DNA of 64,000 nt from contig PXOU01000007.1 in NCBI GenBank assembly GCA_003022365.1, forward strand, positions 227 to 64,226, in the 5' to 3' direction. The notes below the pieces were generated by a model that was not told where the DNA came from, made no database searches, and saw only the letters and a program-made list of their open reading frames with translations. A program made the position numbers and the translations under genes. Shown one piece after another: positions 29,009 through 39,031 of the stretch. The stretch comes from Candidatus Saccharibacteria bacterium QS_5_54_17 (GTDB lineage Bacteria; Patescibacteriota; Saccharimonadia; QS-5-54-17). Positions within the stretch are counted from its first letter, which is position 1. The number at the start of each line of letters is the position of its first letter.

Positions 29009-30065
29009 CGGATTACCTCAAACTATCAAAAGTCAGCTCGGGAGTATCCCGTTTGACCAGTTCAGCCGACAGTATATCGCCTGGCGGATAGTGGAGCGGA
29101 TGCGACCCGACATGGACAACAAGTCTCATTTAAAGATTTTGGATATCGGCGGGTATGGCGGCAAAACCCGAGAGTTTTTCCCTGAAGACGAGGTCACGGT
29201 ATTGGACCTGTATGACATTGATGAGCCCTGCTACGTCAAAGGTGACGCGCTGGACATGCCTTTTGCCGATGACGCATTCGATGTCGCGGTCAGTTTCGAT
29301 GTGCTGGAACATATACCCAGGGAAAAACGCCGGCAGTTCATTCAGGAATCGACCCGGGTTTCTCAGCATCTAAACCTTATCGCCGCTCCATTTTATTCCA
29401 AAAAGGCCGCCCAGACGGAATTCGCGCTCAATCATTACTACAAAAACCTGACCGGCTTCCCGCACCAGTGGCTGCAAGAGCACATCGACTACGGTCTGCC
29501 CGTATCAACTGATATCGAAAAATATCTCACGGAGAACGACCTGTACTTCTCCGCCGTCAACAGCAACGAGATACACAACTGGACATGGATCCAGTTCGCC
29601 GTTTTGTTTACTGCCTCAAGTAATGTCAGCTCCCAATACTTGGAGCAGTTGTACCAGTTTTATAATACCCATTTGAGCAGTCTGGAGGATTACGATGAAA
29701 ATAGTTACCGGCGGGTGTACATAGCTTCGCCGAGAGAGCTTCCCCAAGATCTGGACCGGGAATTCCAGAATAACTATTCTTGGGAAGACCGGCTGAGACT
29801 GAAGGAGATTACCTTCCAACATATAGCGCAAATGCAACAAAACGCCCAGCGTGAGATGGTCAATCATGAGCTGAACTGGTACCAATTGATGGTGGAGCGA
29901 TTGAATCGGGAGAATAAGCACCTCCATTATCTGTTAGCCATGCGGGACAACGAGCTGCAATTGATCAACCAGTCGCGGGGATGGCGCATTATCCGGTTTC
30001 TGCGGCGGTTCCGGTCCGGATTGTGGGGAAAGCTTGCCTTCAAAAAGGGGAAACATGAGGGGTAA
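28971..30065 (+). CDS. class I SAM methyltransferase with C-terminal helical/coiled-coil tail (putative chain terminator)
   Basis: 'ILDIGGYGG', 'MPFADDAFD...FDVLEH', tail 'SRGWRIIRFLRR'; start uncertain. Confidence 0.75.
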   Translation: MAEWCWKESGITSGLPQTIKSQLGSIPFDQFSRQYIAWRIVERMRPDMDNKSHLKILDIGGYGGKTREFFPEDEVTVLDLYDIDEPCYVKGDALDMPFADDAFDVAVSFDVLEHIPREKRRQFIQESTRVSQHLNLIAAPFYSKKAAQTEFALNHYYKNLTGFPHQWLQEHIDYGLPVSTDIEKYLTENDLYFSAVNSNEIHNWTWIQFAVLFTASSNVSSQYLEQLYQFYNTHLSSLEDYDENSYRRVYIASPRELPQDLDREFQNNYSWEDRLRLKEITFQHIAQMQQNAQREMVNHELNWYQLMVERLNRENKHLHYLLAMRDNELQLINQSRGWRIIRFLRRFRSGLWGKLAFKKGKHEG

Positions 30066-31986
30066 ATTCATAACACTTATCTCCAAAGCTATTTCCTTTT
30101 TTCCGCCACTTCGCAGCCTGGGGGCGGCAGTATTAACCCTTTTGGTCAAAGTGCGGGGCGGCAAAACCCTAGGTCTATATAAAGAATTCCGGCAACGGGA
30201 AGTCCAACTACAACGCGTGCATGAGTACCGCCAGTGGTTTATGTCCCATTATCCGCCATATGAGGAGCTGGAGCGGCAAAAAGATTTCGCCAAAGATTTC
30301 GGGTTCCAGCCCAAAATAAGCATTCTGGTCCCCACCTACAACACCGACATAGCGCATCTGCGCTTGTGTATCGAATCAGTACTGGCTCAGACGTATTTCA
30401 GTTGGGAACTGTGTATCGCTGATGACGCCTCATCAGACCCATTGGTGGCCGAAACCGTAAATGAGTACGCCGCTCGGGATGACCGGATACGCTTGACCGT
30501 GCGGGAGCAAAACGGCCACATCTGCGCCGCGTCCAATACGGCGCTTGACATGGCCGGCGGCGACTACGTTTCCTTGCTTGATCACGATGACATCCTCTGG
30601 CCCAACGCGCTCTATGAAGTAGTTAGTTTGCTAAATGAACACCCTGATGCGGAACTGATTTATACTGACGAGGACAAACTGGAAGCGGATGGTGAAACGC
30701 ACTCCGAACCGTTCTTCAAGCCGGATTGGAATCCGGATTATCTCCGCACCATCAACTACATAACCCATTTCGCCACGCTCAAAAAAGAATTAATGGATGC
30801 GATCGGCGGTTTTCGGCTCGGTACGGAAGGTGCTCAGGACTGGGACGTGTTCTTACGCGGGACCGAAGCTACCCCGCATATACATCACATTCCCAAAATC
30901 GTTTATAGTTGGCGAAAATCACCTGCTTCTACTGCCATGACCGCTGATGCCAAGGGCTATGCCTATCAAAACCAGAAAAAGGTTATGGAGGACGATATCG
31001 AGCGCCGTGGCTACACCGGGGAAGCGCAAACCACTCATTACAAAGGATACTGGCGGGTGCGCTACGACCTCATCGATGAACCCAAAATATCCATCATCAT
31101 ACCCACCAAAGAACGGTTGGGATTCATCCAGGAGTGCCTGTCTTCCATTATCTCTCAAACCGGGTACGCAAATTACGAAATCATCATCGTGGATACCGGC
31201 AGCGAAGACAGGCGCGTCTGGGATTATTACCGGTCCATGCAGGAAGAGTACGGACATATTTCCCTGTATGAGTGGAAGGAGGAATTCAATTTCGCGGCTG
31301 TGTGTAACTTCGGCGCCGAAAAAGCCTCCGGCGATTATTATCTATTCCTCAACAACGACACCAAAGTTATAACGGATCAGTGGCTGGAAGGTTTATTGGA
31401 ACACGCCCAGCGGGAAAGAACGGGTGCCGTGGGGTGTAAACTCCTGTTTTCGGATAATACCATCCAGCACGGGGGAATCGTGCTGGGCATGAGCAGCGAA
31501 AAATCCATCCAGGGGGTGGCCGGGCATATCTTTTCCACCTGGGATGATAGATCAACCGACCATGTCAAAGCTCTGTTCGCCGATACGGTGCGGAATTACT
31601 CGGCCGTGACGGCCGCCTGCCTGATGGTGGACAAAGAAAAATTTCACCAAGTCAAAGGGTTTAATCCCAAATTCCAAATCGCTTTTAACGACGTGGATCT
31701 CTGCCTGAAACTGCAAAACGCCGGCTATTTCAACGTCTACACGCCACACGTGAAGCTATATCACTTCGAGTCCAAATCGGTCGGCAAATACAAGACGAAA
31801 GGGCGTAACAGCGAGCAATTCGAAGAGGAAACCAGCGCCATGGGGCGTAAGTGGACATGGAAATTTATCAACAATGACCCCTCTTACAATCCCAATTTGT
31901 CGCTTGCCTACCCGTTCGGTAACATCGATCCCGATACAGAAGTAGTCGGTGGCAAGCGAAAGATACCCGAGAGACGTAATTCTTAA
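30055..31986 (+). CDS. two-domain GT2 glycosyltransferase (rhamnan-polymerase-like)
   Basis: Two GT2 domains: 'ISILVPTYN...ADDAS...LLDHDD...YTDED' and 'ISIIIPTK...FLNND...AVTAACL...NDVDLCL'. Confidence 0.92.
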   Translation: MRGKFITLISKAISFFPPLRSLGAAVLTLLVKVRGGKTLGLYKEFRQREVQLQRVHEYRQWFMSHYPPYEELERQKDFAKDFGFQPKISILVPTYNTDIAHLRLCIESVLAQTYFSWELCIADDASSDPLVAETVNEYAARDDRIRLTVREQNGHICAASNTALDMAGGDYVSLLDHDDILWPNALYEVVSLLNEHPDAELIYTDEDKLEADGETHSEPFFKPDWNPDYLRTINYITHFATLKKELMDAIGGFRLGTEGAQDWDVFLRGTEATPHIHHIPKIVYSWRKSPASTAMTADAKGYAYQNQKKVMEDDIERRGYTGEAQTTHYKGYWRVRYDLIDEPKISIIIPTKERLGFIQECLSSIISQTGYANYEIIIVDTGSEDRRVWDYYRSMQEEYGHISLYEWKEEFNFAAVCNFGAEKASGDYYLFLNNDTKVITDQWLEGLLEHAQRERTGAVGCKLLFSDNTIQHGGIVLGMSSEKSIQGVAGHIFSTWDDRSTDHVKALFADTVRNYSAVTAACLMVDKEKFHQVKGFNPKFQIAFNDVDLCLKLQNAGYFNVYTPHVKLYHFESKSVGKYKTKGRNSEQFEEETSAMGRKWTWKFINNDPSYNPNLSLAYPFGNIDPDTEVVGGKRKIPERRNS

Positions 31987-32002
31987 CCCTCGCCCACTTG
32001 CA

Positions 32003-32292
32003 ATGTCATCCCGGACTCCGGTCCGGGATCTGTTTCAGGCTTGGTTTCAGAACCGGATTCCTAACCAAGTTCGCAGTGACAAATAGGGTGACGCAAAAGA
32101 ATTGTCATCCTGAATTTATTTCAGGATCTGTTTCAAAACCGGATTCCGAACTAAATTCGCAGTGACAAAGAGGCTCTGCAATTTTTTACTTGCTTCTTGC
32201 TCCTTACTTCCTGCTTCCTGTTCCTGTCATCCTGAACCTGCCTGCCGGCAGGCAGGCTTGTTTCAGGATCCATCTCAGGATCAGCTTCAGCA
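32003..32292. repeat. composite palindromic intergenic element, copy 6
   Basis: Five TGTCA[TC] modules, a heptamer tract and nested CCTGCCTGCCGGCAGGCAGG at 32237-32256. Confidence 0.9.
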
Positions 32293-32298
32293 TCCCTC

Positions 32299-35200
32299 CT
32301 AAATATTATCCCCAGTCGGGATCTGTTTCAGCAGCTTGTGGCTGACGCCCCGGAGCGATTTGTCGCTGCATTGACTGTTGTCTTTGGCGCTCGGTCCGGT
32401 CAGCCAGCGTTTCTCGCCGTCGTACATGCAGTAGTGTTTATTGGTCTCGGGGCTGGTAATCAATCGACTGACCTTTTTATCGGCGGTCTTCTGGGCGAAT
32501 AGGTCGACCAGTTTCTGCGTATAAATTTGCGTGTTGCTGCCGAACCACGCATCCGCCGTTTCGCCGCCATCGACAGGGAACTGCCGCCGATTACCATCGT
32601 CGATGACCCCGTCGCTTTTGCTGAGGAGATAGGTGGCTTTTTGGCTGCTTTCCAGGTTGCCAATTTCCGTATCAGTCATTTTGACGTTGCCGCCGAAGCG
32701 GCCCAGCCCAAAGTTCTTAAACGCGGCCAGAGTCGTTATGTGATACAGCTCATTGCCGTCATAGAGATATAACTGTTTATTATCCGGGTTTTGAGAGCTC
32801 ACCAGAACACTCAGATTGTTTTCTTCCAAGAAAGAAGTTAAGCGGGAACTGATGGAGGTTGAATTGTTGCCGGTGCCCCATACTTCCCCGAGTGCCAGGT
32901 TTTTGGTCCGGTACAGGGCGCCGTTCCGGGCAATGCCGTATCCATCCCCGACCGTAAAGTCGTTATTCAGATCCGGCTTTTCTTGGAACCAGTCGCTCAG
33001 CGAGGCACTGGCAATGTTCAGGTTCGGACTGAGTTCCCACTCATCGCTGACCACCTTATGGTATCCGTTGTTATCGAACACGTAATCATCAGTTCCGGAA
33101 GTGAATTGGTGGCCGGTACTGCTTCCGGTGTCCATGCCCTTGATCATGCCATGGGGTAATACGAACGTACCCTGGCCTGTCCCTGAACGCATCAATCGCA
33201 GCTTCTTGAAACTGCCCACGTGGTGCTTAGTGCCGCTGCCGTCCAGGTAGAACACCTTATTGGTGGAAGAACTGGTCACGTACGGAGTGCCGATGCCGTT
33301 TTGATCCGGATATTGATCCAGCACTGCTGCCGAAACGCTCATCGGCGATTCCGGAGCCGTGTAGGCATTTTCCAGCGAATCCTCCAAGTCGTATTTGTTC
33401 TGTTCCATGTAATAAGTAGTGGTGCCGTCCGTAGCCGTGAAGCTGCTGACACTACTATCTTTGGAGAGCATATTCAGGAATGCACCGGAGACTTCCGTTT
33501 TGGCGCCGTCACCACCGGGCTTCCAGTGATTATAAACCCCCGGGCCGGCGATGTGGTGGTACGTATCCTGATTCATCAGATAAATCTTGGTGTCGTATTT
33601 TTCTTGCAACAAAATCGTGGCTTTACCCGCTCCGGCGAAACGGTTTAGGCTGGGTTGGCTGATCCGGGAAAGGTTACCACTGTACACCTGGTCCATGGAT
33701 CCCGAAGAAATCCAGTGCTTATTACCCTGGTTGATAAAGAATATTTTATTGGTATTTGCCGCGGTCGCTTTCGGATAGTGCAATGTTCTTTCCTCCCAGC
33801 GGGGAATACAGTTGCCGTTATCGTCATAACTTTGGCAGAAATATGCCTCAGAGACTGCGATAGCGCTGCCGCTGCCCTCCCATGCGTTCAAAGTAGTCAG
33901 GTTCGGGTAATGCTGGATTACGTTACGGTCGGTATCGGCATTGCTGTCCATCATGTAAATCTTGCCATCAAGCGGTGATTTGATGCGGTATGTAAGCTTT
34001 TTCTTGTTCAGATAGTTAACGGTGTTCTGTTTCAACCACGGGATGTTGCCAAGTTGGAAGTTCCATGCTTTGGCCTGATTATGGCTCCTGACATGAAAAG
34101 CTCTCTTGTCATCCGCAAAATACGCTTTGCCGGTGCCGCGCTCATATGCCAGCCGCCGCAGCGTTCCGCCGTCATCGTATTTATCCAATTGATCAGGGCT
34201 TACATTCTGCTTAGGAAGCTCGTCGAACCCCCAGGCTATCAACGCGTCCTGGTTGGCTATATGTATTTTTAAATTTTCCTCTTTGTTGATGACATATATC
34301 GCCCCCGAATTTTCATTGCGCATCAGCACGATGTCTTGGCTCGGGGTCGGGGAACCGAACCAGTCCGTAAAATCGCGCCAAAAGTTCCGGTTGCCATAGG
34401 TGCTGCAACTATTGCCCGTGCCGTACAGATTATCCAACGCGGCCTGGTTGGGTTGGTAAGGAGTGTAGTTGTACAAAGCCGAGGTGGCCAAGTTCTTTAT
34501 ATCTACGGTATCATTTCCACAGCTGTCATCGGGGTGGTAGTCTATATCGGTCTCGCCGGGCGGGTAGTAGTTGTAGCCGCGGGTTTCCTCCATAATTTCT
34601 TTGAAAAACTTGGCGGCTTGGTTAATCTGGTTATAAAAACCGCGGTATTTCGGATCGCAATCGGAGCTATCGGGGCAGCCGAAGCCGGTAGCGGATTGGT
34701 ATTGGATAATCCACGGCCAGGAGTCGCCGACAAGTGATTGCTCCTTCTGCAGCAGAACCAGGATTACTTGCGGATTTATATCGTGTTTCTGGGAAACATC
34801 CTTAATTAATTGGGCGGCCGATTTGCCGTTGGTGCCAAGGGTGTCATTGGTATTCATGGCGTTGCTGTCGCTTTTGTTGAAGTTGGTGCGGCCGCCCTTC
34901 CACCAGCACATGGTCTTGGCCTTCTCATATCGGTTGTCGCCGGATCCAAAGCCGAACTCTTCCCGTATGTACTTATCGCTGCATTCGGGCATGTTTTCGG
35001 TGGGGTCTTCCTTGTAATCTTTCAAGCACATGTAATCCCGGCCGAAGTCCATCCAACGATTCGACTCGCTGTGCCGCTCCTCACAGCCGCCCATTTCGGA
35101 CATTTCGTTTTCCAAGAAACTTTGGATGTCGCTGACGCTCATGGTATCGGTATCGCGCATGACAGAGTTATCGATCAGTCGCCCGGGGCTGAAATTATCG

Positions 35201-35304
35201 GCATCGGCTACCTGCTTGTGGGAACTGACGTTAGTAGCCACCATAATCCCGCCAAGAACCAATACCAAAATGCCTGCCAATACGTATAAAGCCGGGCGCC
35301 TCAT
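32299..35304 (-). CDS. secreted surface protein: N-terminal 'QKE/GCPD' domain + C-terminal repeats
   Basis: Signal/TM; 'FSPGRLID...INPQVILVLLQKEQSL...GFGCPDS...ATSALYNYTPYQPN...YGNRNFW'; then many 'IYxx..K.HI' repeats. Confidence 0.75.
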   Translation of the reverse strand: MRRPALYVLAGILVLVLGGIMVATNVSSHKQVADADNFSPGRLIDNSVMRDTDTMSVSDIQSFLENEMSEMGGCEERHSESNRWMDFGRDYMCLKDYKEDPTENMPECSDKYIREEFGFGSGDNRYEKAKTMCWWKGGRTNFNKSDSNAMNTNDTLGTNGKSAAQLIKDVSQKHDINPQVILVLLQKEQSLVGDSWPWIIQYQSATGFGCPDSSDCDPKYRGFYNQINQAAKFFKEIMEETRGYNYYPPGETDIDYHPDDSCGNDTVDIKNLATSALYNYTPYQPNQAALDNLYGTGNSCSTYGNRNFWRDFTDWFGSPTPSQDIVLMRNENSGAIYVINKEENLKIHIANQDALIAWGFDELPKQNVSPDQLDKYDDGGTLRRLAYERGTGKAYFADDKRAFHVRSHNQAKAWNFQLGNIPWLKQNTVNYLNKKKLTYRIKSPLDGKIYMMDSNADTDRNVIQHYPNLTTLNAWEGSGSAIAVSEAYFCQSYDDNGNCIPRWEERTLHYPKATAANTNKIFFINQGNKHWISSGSMDQVYSGNLSRISQPSLNRFAGAGKATILLQEKYDTKIYLMNQDTYHHIAGPGVYNHWKPGGDGAKTEVSGAFLNMLSKDSSVSSFTATDGTTTYYMEQNKYDLEDSLENAYTAPESPMSVSAAVLDQYPDQNGIGTPYVTSSSTNKVFYLDGSGTKHHVGSFKKLRLMRSGTGQGTFVLPHGMIKGMDTGSSTGHQFTSGTDDYVFDNNGYHKVVSDEWELSPNLNIASASLSDWFQEKPDLNNDFTVGDGYGIARNGALYRTKNLALGEVWGTGNNSTSISSRLTSFLEENNLSVLVSSQNPDNKQLYLYDGNELYHITTLAAFKNFGLGRFGGNVKMTDTEIGNLESSQKATYLLSKSDGVIDDGNRRQFPVDGGETADAWFGSNTQIYTQKLVDLFAQKTADKKVSRLITSPETNKHYCMYDGEKRWLTGPSAKDNSQCSDKSLRGVSHKLLKQIPTGDNI

Positions 35305-35870
35305 TCGATCCTCGCTTGCTTTTTATCTGACGCAGCTTCGCTGTTGCGGATGAAGACGCGTGCCGTCCACATGCCTTTGGGCGAAAACTTGCTGTTATTC
35401 ACCTGGACGCCACAGGCGTAATAGCCGGTCGGGGCGCGTTGTATGGCAGCTGTTTCGGTGACGGTTGAACCGTTTCGGGAGAATCGGAACTCACAGGTAC
35501 CCTCCGTTTTGTTGCTAACCATCGCATTGGCGTAAACAGTGCCGTTATCCCGCTGGCCGAAATTATTCAGCGTGATCGAAGCATCAGATTCCTCCGAAGA
35601 TTCTTGAGGAGATTCCCCAGAAGTATCAGACTCGTTCGGAGATTCTTGATTTGTATTTGTACTACTCCTGTCTTTTTTTGTTTCTTTTTCGTCATCTTTA
35701 TTTTCTGCCTCTTGTTTTTCTTCCGGCAAACCGCCTTGGGCTTCGCCATTTTCATCTTGGGAGTCTTCAGTAGCAGGGGAACCGCCCTGCGTTTGCTGCC
35801 ACAGCGCATACCCGCCACCAGTGGCGAGTAGGAGAATGAGAACGACTGAAATAACGGTGTGTTTTTTCAT
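35301..35870 (-). CDS. membrane-anchored protein, acidic linker + small Ig-like domain
   Basis: N-terminal TM, E/D/S-rich linker, two-Cys beta domain; stop overlaps the next start. Confidence 0.7.
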   Translation of the reverse strand: MKKHTVISVVLILLLATGGGYALWQQTQGGSPATEDSQDENGEAQGGLPEEKQEAENKDDEKETKKDRSSTNTNQESPNESDTSGESPQESSEESDASITLNNFGQRDNGTVYANAMVSNKTEGTCEFRFSRNGSTVTETAAIQRAPTGYYACGVQVNNSKFSPKGMWTARVFIRNSEAASDKKQARIE

Positions 35871-36098
35871 GGGGGAGTTTTTATTTTAATACTTTCAGCG
35901 CGTAGCGCATATTTCCATATAAGCATAAAAATTGATAAAAGTCAAGATTACATAAGGGCTTTCGCCTCTATAAACCAGACTAAATGTCATTTCTGAAGAT
36001 GTCATCCGCCTAGTCTCCCGGCTTTTAGAAAACGTGGTAGCATACGCAGCAATGAACGTAGCAGGCGAAAAGTGATGCTGTTGCAACGGGGGAGGTAG

Positions 36099-37553
36099 GT
36101 GTTTTTCGCGTTCCGTAACTTTCTCCGGCAGAACAAATGGGTGGTTGTCGGGGTGCTTGGGGCGGTATTGGCATTTATTGGAGGGGGCGGGCTGAGCGTC
36201 GTTTCGATTCCCCATTTGCTGACCGCCGATGCGCCGTATCATCTTGATTACGCCTGGCAGATTTATCAGGGGAGGTTGCCGCAATTTTCCATGGGGCCGA
36301 CTATGCCCGCCGATGTTTCCATGCATACCTATCATCTGACGGGCCATCATCCGCCGCTGTATTACGGGATTATCGCGCCATTTGTGGGACCGTTCATCGC
36401 GGCAGGAAGCTGGGAGATGGCCACCATCATAGGGCGGGTGATGACGCTGGGTATCGGCGTGTTAAGCCTCCTGGCTCTGGCGTGGACCGGTTGGATAGTC
36501 GGCGGCCGTTACCGGAAAATGCTGGCTGTGGCGGCTCCGGCGATCGCTGCTACATTCGTGCCGTTCGTTTTAGTCTCGTCCGCGATTTATAGCGACGGGC
36601 TATTAGTGCTCATGTCCATCTTGGCCTTCGCGTTAAGCGCGCTGCTCCTATACCGTGGTCCCCGCCCATGGAACATAATGTGTCTGGCCATAGTGCTGTT
36701 GCTCGGCATGGCAACGCGGGTTTCGTTTACCAGCATGCTCGCCGTGGCGTTAGTGGCTGTCCTGTCTTCCTGTATAATCCATGGCAAAGGCACACTTTCC
36801 AAAAATCTACTCAAAGGCGGGGGATACGCTGCTGCCATGGGGCTGCTTGTGGTTGTCGGCATCGGGTGGTTTTACTACTTCCACAACTTTGAGGCCAGCG
36901 GTTCGCTGCTGACTAACAGAATCGATACTGTCGAACATGTGCGCAGATTCAAATCTTTCCCGGACGTCATAACCAGCAAGAATCTATGGTATCTTGTCCC
37001 ATTTGGTTTATTCGGCCACTCCTTGCAGCGTTTAGAAGACTTTACCCTTAACCAATGGTTGTCTTATCTAGTTTTCCTGGTAGGAGTTTCCGGCAGCATG
37101 GTGTGGTTTGCTAAGCAGAAACTGCGTGGATTTTTCCAAAAAGCGAACCGGGAAACCATGTTAGTCGGTACCATGTTTATCGCCTACTCCGGACTCGTTT
37201 TCACCCAGCAAATCGTATACGCGACGGGGTATGGGATGTACAACCCCCGGTACCTTTTGCCGGCGTGGGTCGTAGCAGGGGTCGTGATAGGTATGGGAAT
37301 GCTTATTTGGCAAAAAAAGGGGTTAATTGCGGTGGCCGCGATGGCGGCAGGCTGGGCAGCTGTTATCAAGTGGCTGGTGTATATACTGGTAACCGAAGCT
37401 CATTTGTCTATAGAGCGAGGATGGTTTCACATGCTCCAGTCCGCCGCCGCGGACAATGGCTTTCCGGCAGCGACGATACCAATACTGCTGACAACCACCG
37501 CGGCAGGAGTGCTGCTGGTGGGCATGTCGCTCTGGCGGCTTTCCCCGGAGTAA
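36099..37553 (+). CDS. GT-C-like integral membrane glycosyltransferase (paralog 1)
   Basis: About 12 TMs; 'ADAPYHLDY', 'HHPPLYY', 'YSDGL', 'PRYLLP'. Confidence 0.7.
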   Translation: MFFAFRNFLRQNKWVVVGVLGAVLAFIGGGGLSVVSIPHLLTADAPYHLDYAWQIYQGRLPQFSMGPTMPADVSMHTYHLTGHHPPLYYGIIAPFVGPFIAAGSWEMATIIGRVMTLGIGVLSLLALAWTGWIVGGRYRKMLAVAAPAIAATFVPFVLVSSAIYSDGLLVLMSILAFALSALLLYRGPRPWNIMCLAIVLLLGMATRVSFTSMLAVALVAVLSSCIIHGKGTLSKNLLKGGGYAAAMGLLVVVGIGWFYYFHNFEASGSLLTNRIDTVEHVRRFKSFPDVITSKNLWYLVPFGLFGHSLQRLEDFTLNQWLSYLVFLVGVSGSMVWFAKQKLRGFFQKANRETMLVGTMFIAYSGLVFTQQIVYATGYGMYNPRYLLPAWVVAGVVIGMGMLIWQKKGLIAVAAMAAGWAAVIKWLVYILVTEAHLSIERGWFHMLQSAAADNGFPAATIPILLTTTAAGVLLVGMSLWRLSPE

Positions 37554-37559
37554 CAATAG

Positions 37560-37795
37560 GGACCGGAAGTAGGAAGCAAGCAGTGAGGAGCAACAGACTC
37601 TGAACCTGTCACTGCTGAAACAAGTTCAGGACAGGCTCTGAATTTATTTCAGAATCTATTGCAGAAACGATTCCGAACTAAATTCGCAGTGACAAATGGA
37701 CTTTGCATTCTTCCACTTGCTTCTTACTGCTTACTTCTTGTTCTTGTCATCCTCTTGTCATCCTGAACTTGTTTCAGGATCTGTTTCAGGATCCT
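37560..37795. repeat. composite palindromic intergenic element, copy 7
   Basis: Same left linker (GTGAGGAGCAACAGACTCTGAA), palindromes and heptamers as copies 2 and 4. Confidence 0.9.
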
Positions 37796-37843
37796 TTAGG
37801 AGAACCTCGGAAAGCTGCTACACGTCGTAACAAAGCAGTCTGA

Positions 37844-37886
37844 CTTATTACAAAAAATGACGATCGTCAGCAAATGTAATAGCTAC
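37844..37886. repeat. 43-bp palindromic element, copy B
   Basis: CTTATTACAAAAAATGACGATCGTCAGCAAATGTAATAGCTAC. Confidence 0.8.
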
Positions 37887-37955
37887 TGGGGTGCGTGAGG
37901 AGGCGGGACGAGATAAGTGGGAAGTAGTAAGTAATAAGTAATAAGTGGGAAGTGG

Positions 37956-38915
37956 TTACGGGCGTTGCCGCCGCAGCACTTCCCGAAACGACGTGTCGAA
38001 TAGTTTGCGGGCGAACCAAGGGGTGACCACTACAAGAACCATGAAAGCCACTATACGCCGCAGCAGCGCAGCTGCCAGTGCTATGGATACGGGAAGCCCG
38101 AGCACAGTGGCGGCCACGACTATCAACCCTTCATTGATGCCAAGCCCTGCCGGTGTAATACCGATAAGTCCGGTAAGTATGACAAGAGAAGTAATGAAAA
38201 GCGCCTGCAATACGCCGATGTCCGCACCCAAAGCATTGAAAGCGGCGAAGATGGCGACAGCCATGCTTAATACGTGCGCTAACGCCCATCCGCTTGCCAG
38301 CCGCAAAATATGCCCGTCACGGCGGATAAAAAACCACCCGTTAATTACTCTGGATAAATGCTTGGTAAAAAAATTGCTGCCTTCTTTGATTTGGGGGGAA
38401 AAAAGCAGCAAACCAAGCAGAAAGATGCACATTCCTCCCAGCAGCAGTACAAACGTGGCAGTTTCCACCCCGGCATCCGAGCGGGCAACCATCAATAAAG
38501 CTCCCAAACCAAGCAGTGAACTCAAAAAGTACATTAAGATGTGCGCGGCACCCAACGCTGAGGCAAATTTGCTTAAAGGGAAACTATATTTGCGTTTTAG
38601 ATAACTCGCCCGTACCGCAAGGCCGAGTTTGCCTGGGGCGATTTGGTTTCCCAGTCTTGTCACTGCTGCCAAACCGAATGTTTCTACTCTCTTCAAACGC
38701 AAGCCTATGGGTCGCAACACCACATCCATAACGGCGCCGTTGGTATAAAGGGTTGCCACGGATCCCACGCCGAGCAATGCAATCAAGGAGGGATTTTCCA
38801 GTCGTAAAGCCAGGATCTCTTCCCAGTTTTCCGTTAAATAAACTGCCAAAAATGCCGCGAAGGCCAGAAGTATAATGACAGACCATAACAGTTTATTTTT
38901 TAAAACATTTTGCAT
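37956..38915 (-). CDS. UPF0104/lysylphosphatidylglycerol-synthase TM-domain (flippase-like) protein
   Basis: Multi-TM; 'NQIAPGKLGLAVRASYLK', 'ITPAGLGINE', 'ALLRRIV'. Confidence 0.8.
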   Translation of the reverse strand: MQNVLKNKLLWSVIILLAFAAFLAVYLTENWEEILALRLENPSLIALLGVGSVATLYTNGAVMDVVLRPIGLRLKRVETFGLAAVTRLGNQIAPGKLGLAVRASYLKRKYSFPLSKFASALGAAHILMYFLSSLLGLGALLMVARSDAGVETATFVLLLGGMCIFLLGLLLFSPQIKEGSNFFTKHLSRVINGWFFIRRDGHILRLASGWALAHVLSMAVAIFAAFNALGADIGVLQALFITSLVILTGLIGITPAGLGINEGLIVVAATVLGLPVSIALAAALLRRIVAFMVLVVVTPWFARKLFDTSFREVLRRQRP

Positions 38916-39031
38916 GCCAAAATATTATACAAGAAACCAGACGCTGAGTCCCAGTTCAAAGCCGGATTGTATACGGCAATAAAAACCTTTCTTGCTTTAT
39001 TTTTTGCTTGTCATATCGGAAAATAATATTC

